Source: Aeropyrum pernix K1
GTDB taxonomy: Archaea > Thermoproteota > Thermoprotei_A > Sulfolobales > Acidilobaceae
Assembly: GCF_000011125.1 (NCBI RefSeq)
Contig: NC_000854.2
Coordinates: 180,001 to 212,000 of the forward strand
Direction of reading: 5' to 3'
DNA: 32,000 nt
The notes beneath the pieces are model-generated. The model did not search any database, was not told the DNA's origin, and worked only from the letters and a program-made list of their open reading frames with translations. Position numbers and translations under genes: made by a program. The first letter of the stretch is position 1; each line of letters starts with the position of its first letter. Shown here piece after piece: positions 26,595 through 32,000 of the stretch.

Positions 26595-26861
26595 TTGGTA
26601 GAAGAGGTGAGAATAGTGGCAAAGGGGGTAGGAGGCAAAGCCGAGACTACCGCAGAAGAAGCGGCAATAGAGGTCCTGGAGGCGCAAGTAAAGAAAGAAT
26701 CAAAACTACTCTGGGAGATAGCAGGAACAGCAGTATGCTCTGTTGCGTTATTCCCAGCAGGAACAGTCCCAGCCCACCTCATAACGCCCACGCTTGATGT
26801 CATCATCGGGGATAGCACGGTAACCGTTGGATGGGTGACCATAGGGGGGACGGGAGGATGA
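26595..26861 (+). CDS. Hypothetical 88-aa protein, first gene of an orphan pair
   Basis: TTG start. There is a charged N-terminal helix, a hydrophobic stretch (LLWEIAGTAVCSVALFPAG) and a Gly/Thr/Val-rich tail. The stop TGA overlaps the ATG at 26858 of the next gene (ATGA). Confidence 0.4.
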   Translation: MVEEVRIVAKGVGGKAETTAEEAAIEVLEAQVKKESKLLWEIAGTAVCSVALFPAGTVPAHLITPTLDVIIGDSTVTVGWVTIGGTGG

Positions 26862-28840
26862 GCAGGGAGCTGATAGGCCTCGGGGCAGGCATACTCATCC
26901 GGCTCCTACTCAAAAACCTCAAGAAGAAGGGGCAGCACATAGAGGAAAGGGCGCCGCCCCAGCTGACCCGGGAGCAGATAGACCAGTACATAGTAGACAC
27001 TACAATAGACGAGGCGTACGAACAGCTACAGGCAGAATACGACAGGGCATACCGGGAGCTCCTGAAGAGAGAGAAGGAAGCGGAAGACCCCCACATCAAA
27101 AAACTCATACAAAACATAAAGGAATACCACGAACTATTCAGGAAAGATAACGAGATGAGGCCCCCCTGGATGCTCACAGCAATCCTGCTAAACGAAGCCC
27201 TAAAACACGGAGTAAAAGACAGGGACAAGATATACCAGTACATCCTAAAAGCAAGCTGGGAGTACGCAAAGGAAATAGCACAAGCCCTCCCAGCCAAGAA
27301 GTACCAGGGCAGATACACCCGGGCGTACGCAGACCAAATGAGAAATCCCTTTATATCAATCATAGAAATCGAGGCGATGATAAGAGAAGCAAACAGGGAT
27401 GATCCGAAGTGGAAAAAATATACACAGATGTTTGATCTGTATTGGAACAAGATTCCGGACGACATCTATAATAGGGCCGACTCGCAGCATCATGAAGTAA
27501 CAAAATACCTGCAACTCCTGGAAGAGGCCCTTCGTGAGGCAGAAAGGGAATCGGGGGTAGAGCCCTTCTGGCACAAGACCCCCGAGGAAATCCTCGGCAT
27601 AGGACCGGGAGAGGGTCCCGCGCCGGCGGGAGAGCCGATACTCGCCTACCCGGACAGGTACCCGACACTAGCCCAGAAGGTCCTGCTCAAGACCCTCGTC
27701 CTGGGAGAGTTCCTGAGGGAGGGAGGGGGCGTCCACAGGGACCTCTACAGGGCCCTGAGGAACCTCCTCGACTCGCCGCTAACCACGAACCACTGGTACC
27801 CCTTCCTCGCCGAGTGGTTCGAGAACCTGGAGAAGGGCAGGCACGTGAGCCCCCTAACCCAGCTCCTCCAGAAGCTGCCGGTAAACCCCGAGCTCAAGCA
27901 GAGGGCATACAGGTACCTCGCACAGATAGAGCAGGGGAAGAGCATCAGCGAGATACCCGAAGAGGAGAGGAAAGCCTTCAGGGAGGTCATCGAGCGATTA
28001 AAAAATGAGATATGGAGGAACCCGGACAGATTCGTACCCATCGTCGAGGAGCTCACCTACGCCACGGGCATGAACATCAAGGACGCCGCCAAGACCCTTA
28101 TAGGGGTGCTGGACGACTTCGCGAAGATATACTCGGGTGAGAAGAGCCCGAGGCAGGCGGGCATAGAGCGTGACGCCACCCAGGTCCTCCACGTCATCAA
28201 GAACCTCCGGGACAGGGGCAACTACGTAGACCCCTACCACGTCACCGAGACCCTGATAAACATCATAGAGCAGCACATCCAAGACCCGCTCCTGAGGGAG
28301 GCCTACAAGAGGATCCTGGAACACTACCAGAGGACACACGGAGAAATACCGAGGGATCTACGCTACCTTGAAAGGGTTGTAGAGGAGGAGAGGGAGCTGG
28401 AGGAGAAGCTTAAAGGGTTAGAACGCGAAAACAGAAAGCTCTCCGAGGGAGATATCCGGAGGACAGCCATGCTTTACAGGACCCTCATGCTCCTCACACC
28501 ACACCCAAGCCTGGAAGACATCAAACGGTTCTACTCGAGGCTCGCAGAGAGACTGAAAGTCAAGGTGGGAGAGGAGTCATTCCTGCCCGTCCACGGGCCT
28601 GTAGCGGAGGATGTGGCGTCCAGCTTCGCAGCCATAAGGAGGGCAAAGCCGGAGGAGAGGGAGCGGGTGGTGAGGAGGGAGATTTCCGGCTTCGAGCCCC
28701 TCTTCCACGCGGCACCCCACATAAAGGAGGGTGTCATGTCCGTGCTTGCCGCCACACGGAGCAATATAGTGTCGGGGGAGAAGCACGAAGAGTTCATAAG
28801 ACACCTGGAGAGAACGCAGGTGAGGAGACCGTTAGAATAG
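26858..28840 (+). CDS. Large orphan protein (about 660 aa), N-terminal membrane anchor, predicted all-alpha
   Basis: A 2-kb uninterrupted ORF (the track starts it at 26831; the ATG at 26858 gives the ATGA overlap). It has the N-terminal hydrophobic segment LIGLGAGILIRLLL, a Pro/Gly linker GIGPGEGPAPAGEP and the coiled-coil-like EEERELEEKLKGLERENRKL. I recognise no family or catalytic motif. Confidence 0.6.
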   Translation: MSRELIGLGAGILIRLLLKNLKKKGQHIEERAPPQLTREQIDQYIVDTTIDEAYEQLQAEYDRAYRELLKREKEAEDPHIKKLIQNIKEYHELFRKDNEMRPPWMLTAILLNEALKHGVKDRDKIYQYILKASWEYAKEIAQALPAKKYQGRYTRAYADQMRNPFISIIEIEAMIREANRDDPKWKKYTQMFDLYWNKIPDDIYNRADSQHHEVTKYLQLLEEALREAERESGVEPFWHKTPEEILGIGPGEGPAPAGEPILAYPDRYPTLAQKVLLKTLVLGEFLREGGGVHRDLYRALRNLLDSPLTTNHWYPFLAEWFENLEKGRHVSPLTQLLQKLPVNPELKQRAYRYLAQIEQGKSISEIPEEERKAFREVIERLKNEIWRNPDRFVPIVEELTYATGMNIKDAAKTLIGVLDDFAKIYSGEKSPRQAGIERDATQVLHVIKNLRDRGNYVDPYHVTETLINIIEQHIQDPLLREAYKRILEHYQRTHGEIPRDLRYLERVVEEERELEEKLKGLERENRKLSEGDIRRTAMLYRTLMLLTPHPSLEDIKRFYSRLAERLKVKVGEESFLPVHGPVAEDVASSFAAIRRAKPEERERVVRREISGFEPLFHAAPHIKEGVMSVLAATRSNIVSGEKHEEFIRHLERTQVRRPLE

Positions 28841-28984
28841 GGTTATGCCTCGTCGCTCCCGGTGCCCGTGTCGCCCATCCAAACCACCTCTCTAACATTT
28901 TGCACAGGGAAGTATAAAAAGTGGCAGTGGAGAGGGTGAAACGTAAACACCCAGGAATAAAATGTTAGCTTGGAGAAGACTGTG

Positions 28985-29140
28985 GTAAAACCATCGGTCG
29001 GCAAGGAGACTCTCCAGCTGATCAAACGGGTTATCCTGTAGGAGGCGGGGAAGCTGGGAGTAGGAGTAGAGATGATAGTATTGCTTGGGAGTAGGGCCTG
29101 GGGCAAGGCCGGACTCGGACTGTATATCAGCAATAATATT
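28985..29140 (+). pseudogene. Minimal nucleotidyltransferase (MNT-type antitoxin) remnant
   Basis: My translation is KETLQLIKRVIL*EAGKLGVGVEMIVLLGSRAWGKA, then after a frame shift RPDSDCISAIIF. This is the GSxxxG...SD.D pattern of MNT proteins, interrupted by one in-frame TAG and one frameshift. Confidence 0.4.
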
Positions 29141-29157
29141 TCCGAGAACAACGCTAT

Positions 29158-29262
29158 TCAGGTCGACGATAGCTTTTCAAAGGTTTGTTCTGCCGGGCCT
29201 CTTTTCTCGGTTTCGAGGAGTATGCTGAGGATTATGCTCGTGTCGATGTAGGCGGTTTTCAT
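29158..29262 (-). pseudogene. Truncated PIN (vapC) remnant
   Basis: The 34-codon ORF MKTAYIDTSIILSILLETEKRGPAEQTFEKLSST* has the PIN N-terminal signature (compare MRIFVDTSIILAFL). It sits directly downstream of the decayed DUF104 gene. Confidence 0.55.
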
Positions 29263-29346
29263 TGTGTGTGTGCGCCTCTTCCTCAAGCTCTAATAGCTCT
29301 TTGATTGAGGATTTCCCGAGGGCTCCCCTATACTTCCTACGGACTT

Positions 29347-29484
29347 TCATAAGGTCGCGTTTACCGTTACCACTACCTCCTCGCCCTCCTCAAGATCCAA
29401 AGGCTCGAGAGGCTTTAGCACACCCTTCTCATATTTAACCCTAATAGCTTTAGATATCCCTATCTCCACCCTCCCTAACTGCAT
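29347..29484 (-). pseudogene. Frameshifted DUF104 antitoxin remnant
   Basis: MQLGRVEIGISKAIRVKYEKGVLKPLEPLDLEEGEEVVVTVNATL*. The expected C-terminal part (…KYRGALGKSSIKELLELEEEAH…) continues in another frame. The upstream region is near-identical to that of 25752..25979. Confidence 0.7.
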
Positions 29485-29510
29485 ACAGAGACTCTAAGCC
29501 ATTATCCTAG

Positions 29511-29590
29511 ATGTTGCGCTATTATCGGCTGGGAGAAGCCGGGAGTGGATGTTGCATCCTATCATGCACTAATGCAACATTAATTTATTT
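29511..29590 (+). repeat. Junction left arm, copy G (with internal deletion)
   Basis: ATGTTGCGCTATTATCGG at 29511-29528 and ATGTTGCATCCTATCA at 29549-29564 are 38 nt apart. A perfect inverted repeat GTTGCAT/ATGCAAC is present. Confidence 0.7.
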
Positions 29591-29622
29591 GTCCCGGCCC
29601 CGGAATCCCGAGGAGCCCGCCA
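29591..29622 (+). repeat. att-like copy G (strongly decayed, internally deleted)
   Basis: GTCCCGGCCCCGGAATCCCGAGGAGCCCGCCA is followed by a well conserved right arm (…ACCATAGGGAATATATCGGTAGCCGAGATCTCAG…). Confidence 0.55.
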
Positions 29623-29934
29623 CAACACAGTCTAAAACATTACCAAATACCATAGGGAATATATCGGTAGCCGAGATCTCAGGGTGCCGGCCCTTCGGCC
29701 AGGTGGGTTTCAGGGATGATTAAATGTTGCGTTTCTTCGCCACTTGTCCAACCGGTATACGTTGAATGGATCTACGGAGCCGTTGGAACCCAGCAGTTTT
29801 TCATCATAGCTTCATAAAAGGAGTTTATTTTAAATTTTCCTATGCTTAGGCGGCATTGTGGTTTTATTATGTGCGCGAGTCTGGTGTAATCATCAGTGTG
29901 GTACATGGGACATGCGTTTCTTCGAAGTTGTTTT

Positions 29935-29956
29935 GGTATATATGGTAATATATAGG
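29935..29956 (+). promoter_or_regulatory. Probable TATA region of the protoglobin gene
   Basis: GGTATATATGGTAATATATAGG lies 35-56 nt upstream of the ATG at 29991. Confidence 0.3.
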
Positions 29957-29990
29957 AGTCCTATGTTAACGTTGTTTTTGGGTCGGCTAT

Positions 29991-30578
29991 ATGACCCCAA
30001 GTGATATCCCTGGATACGACTACGGTAGAGTGGAGAAAAGCCCTATAACCGACCTGGAGTTCGATCTTCTGAAGAAAACAGTTATGCTCGGTGAAAAAGA
30101 TGTAATGTACCTAAAGAAGGCCTGCGATGTGCTAAAGGACCAGGTTGACGAGATACTGGATCTATGGTACGGCTGGGTCGCCTCGAACGAGCACCTAATC
30201 TACTACTTCTCAAATCCGGATACTGGTGAGCCTATCAAAGAATATCTTGAGCGGGTTAGGGCCAGATTCGGGGCCTGGATCCTGGACACCACATGCCGAG
30301 ACTATAACAGGGAGTGGCTAGATTACCAGTATGAGGTAGGGCTGAGGCATCATAGGAGTAAGAAGGGAGTTACAGATGGAGTGAGGACAGTGCCGCACAT
30401 ACCACTAAGGTATTTAATAGCATTCATTTATCCAATAACAGCTACAATAAAGCCATTCCTAGCAAAGAAAGGTGGCAGCCCAGAGGATATCGAGGGAATG
30501 TATAACGCGTGGTTCAAATCAGTAGTCCTCCAAGTAGCCATTTGGAGCCATCCATACACAAAAGAAAACGACTGGTAG
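29991..30578 (+). CDS. Protoglobin (single-domain archaeal globin)
   Basis: 195 aa. It is collinear with characterised archaeal protoglobins: IPGY.YG, LDLWYGWV, YYF, WLDYQYE.GLRHH, FIYPITAT.KPFLA.KG, LQVA.WS.PY. Confidence 0.95.
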   Translation: MTPSDIPGYDYGRVEKSPITDLEFDLLKKTVMLGEKDVMYLKKACDVLKDQVDEILDLWYGWVASNEHLIYYFSNPDTGEPIKEYLERVRARFGAWILDTTCRDYNREWLDYQYEVGLRHHRSKKGVTDGVRTVPHIPLRYLIAFIYPITATIKPFLAKKGGSPEDIEGMYNAWFKSVVLQVAIWSHPYTKENDW

Positions 30579-30666
30579 CGCCTCCCCACATTTTTACACC
30601 TTTTTAAACCATCCACCCATATAAGCAAAATCCGAAGAACACTACTGTAACCATGGGAGCATTGTT

Positions 30667-31257
30667 ATGCATGAAGACGACGTCAGCATTAAGATAGTCT
30701 CGGCTATAGAAAGAATAGCGAGAGCCTACAGGATTCTAATAGCCAGAGAGTCGTATAAACACGGTCTAACCCCCCTCCAGGCCAGTATACTATTATACAT
30801 CTACAACTCTCCTCCAAACCACCGTACAATCAGCAGCTTAGTAAGAGAGCTTGGAGTCAAGCAGCCTACAATAAGCGACTCCGTGAGGGCACTCATATCT
30901 AAAGGGCTAGTCACATATGAGCCGCACAGGTCCGATAGAAGGGTAAAAATCCTAAAGCTAACCCCAAAAGGTGTCGAGATTGCTGAAAGCCTGAAATCCT
31001 GGCAAACTGTGGCTGCCGAAGCTGTTGACTTGAGTAGAGGAGAGAGGGAGGCGCTCTTGGAACTCCTCCTGAAATACATGGCATCACTATATAGGTATGG
31101 AGTAATAGAGGTGGCCAGAACGTGCTTCACGTGCACATACCTCGAGGCAAAAAATAGAGGCGAGGGAGTAAGCTACTATTGCAGCCTGCTGAAAAGAGAG
31201 CTTGGTAGGAGTGGGCTAAGGGTAGACTGTCCAGAGCACAGTCCTAAACGAATATGA
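30667..31257 (+). CDS. MarR-family winged-helix regulator with Cys-rich C-terminal extension
   Basis: The MarR core is LTPLQASILLYIY...ISSLVRELGVKQPTISDSVRALISKGLV...DRRVKILKLTPKG. The C-terminal part is CFTC...YYC...DCPEH. Confidence 0.8.
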   Translation: MHEDDVSIKIVSAIERIARAYRILIARESYKHGLTPLQASILLYIYNSPPNHRTISSLVRELGVKQPTISDSVRALISKGLVTYEPHRSDRRVKILKLTPKGVEIAESLKSWQTVAAEAVDLSRGEREALLELLLKYMASLYRYGVIEVARTCFTCTYLEAKNRGEGVSYYCSLLKRELGRSGLRVDCPEHSPKRI

Positions 31258-31408
31258 ACAGGTGAGCTTTTCAGGGAAAGCTACGCTTGGTATCTCTTAT
31301 AATGGCGTGTCGGCTCAAACACACTTAACGACTCTAACATAAACCGGGGCATGCCAGTTCTCTTCAGTGTTTGTGGAAAGTCTAGCATAAGCACGTTCAA
31401 TACACTTG

Positions 31409-31954
31409 TTATAGTTCTTTATCAGTATTTTTAGCCAAAGTGGTTTCTGCTAGAACACTTCCAAGCGATTTCTTTATAATTTCGAATATGACTTGCTCTA
31501 CGAAATGTTTAGTAACGCAGAATTCGCAGGGTTTTAGCTTCTCTGCTATTGCTACCAGCTCGTCACCTCTGGTCGCTATTAGCTTCTCCACTATTCTTTT
31601 AACATCGTCCTTAACCTCTTCAGCCATTTCCTCTATCAACTTATCTGCCTCGGGATCCCCTGTGTAGGCGTAGTACCTGCTTTTAGCGACATACTTATAC
31701 GTTCGGCCGACCCTAGTAAGATCAACAAGACCGCTGTCCTTGAGTATGGAGAGGTGATACCTAATGGTATTGGCGGTTTTCATTATCCCCCTTTCCCTGA
31801 GACTCCTAACTATCTCCTCAACACTCATAGGCCGCTCGTGAAGCATCTCCAAAATCATAATCCTAAGCTCATCACTAAGCGCCTTAGCCTCCTCAAGCCT
31901 AACTGGTATTAGCCTCCTAACCCCGCCGCTTAGCCTTAAACCCTTTTCATCCAA
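31409..31954 (-). CDS. ArsR/SmtB-type winged-helix transcriptional regulator with C-terminal extension
   Basis: 181 aa. LSDELRIMILEMLHERPMSVEEIVRSL...TIRYHLSILKDSGLV is an ArsR-type HTH. The C-terminal helical domain has CEFC. Confidence 0.75.
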   Translation of the reverse strand: MDEKGLRLSGGVRRLIPVRLEEAKALSDELRIMILEMLHERPMSVEEIVRSLRERGIMKTANTIRYHLSILKDSGLVDLTRVGRTYKYVAKSRYYAYTGDPEADKLIEEMAEEVKDDVKRIVEKLIATRGDELVAIAEKLKPCEFCVTKHFVEQVIFEIIKKSLGSVLAETTLAKNTDKEL

Positions 31955-32000
31955 ACACGCGCCACCCCCTGATAATAATACTTCCTAGGACGTTTTCACA

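Noticed and set aside
26803-28339. Several minus-strand ORFs (220, 72, 102, 103 and 113 aa) and a plus-strand 64-aa ORF inside 26831-28840.
   Set aside because: They are antisense or alternate-frame shadows of the 2-kb ORF, with low-complexity Ser/Leu/Phe-rich or Arg/Pro-rich composition.
28843-29151. 102-aa minus-strand ORF.
   Set aside because: It is Ser/Pro/Leu-rich with no start context. It overlaps the plus-strand MNT-like remnant. It is likely non-coding decayed sequence.
20292-29622. Possibility that the tRNA-Arg 3' halves are split-tRNA genes (a TATA-like GTATTTATAGCG sits just upstream).
   Set aside because: No matching 5' halves or leader complementarity were seen. The T-loops of copies C-E are non-canonical, copy G is internally deleted, and an intact tRNA-Arg(CCG) exists. 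The TATTTATAGCG partly aligns with the tRNA D-arm region (GGATAGAGCG), so it is more likely residual homology.

Overview
GC-rich crenarchaeal chromosome segment, most likely Aeropyrum pernix or a close relative. This call rests on my recognition of the 195-aa protoglobin and the pernisine-like subtilase, not on a search. Layout: (i) 1-10.1 kb holds core genes: futalosine-type radical-SAM pair plus an MqnA-like gene, a sugar nucleotidyltransferase, the conserved DPCK(DUF359)-spt4-rpo7 cluster, a LutB-like gene split by one frameshift, pyrD/pyrC, a GDPD esterase and a secreted subtilase. (ii) 10.1-12.7 kb is a visibly lower-GC, gene-poor islet on the 3' side of tRNA-Ser(GCU), carrying a stand-alone HEPN-like gene. 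(iii) 12.9-18.3 kb holds a CBS protein, tungsten-type aldehyde:ferredoxin oxidoreductase, SRP (7S) RNA, a DUF131 membrane protein and a molybdate/tungstate ABC permease plus binding protein. (iv) 18.4-29.7 kb is the accessory region. An intact tRNA-Arg(CCG) is followed by six same-orientation, progressively decayed copies of its 3' half, each starting at the anticodon loop. Most sit between conserved left and right arms. They cut about 11 kb into integrase-less cassettes. The cargo is mostly minus-strand toxin-antitoxin pairs (5 intact pairs from 4 families, plus at least 3 decayed remnants), pseudogenes, and one orphan two-gene operon (88 aa + ~660 aa). (v) 29.9-32 kb holds protoglobin, a MarR-type regulator with a Cys-rich tail and an ArsR-type regulator. 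Most notable: the att-like cassette array, its conserved junction motifs, and a canonical -1 slippery heptamer exactly at the LutB frame break.
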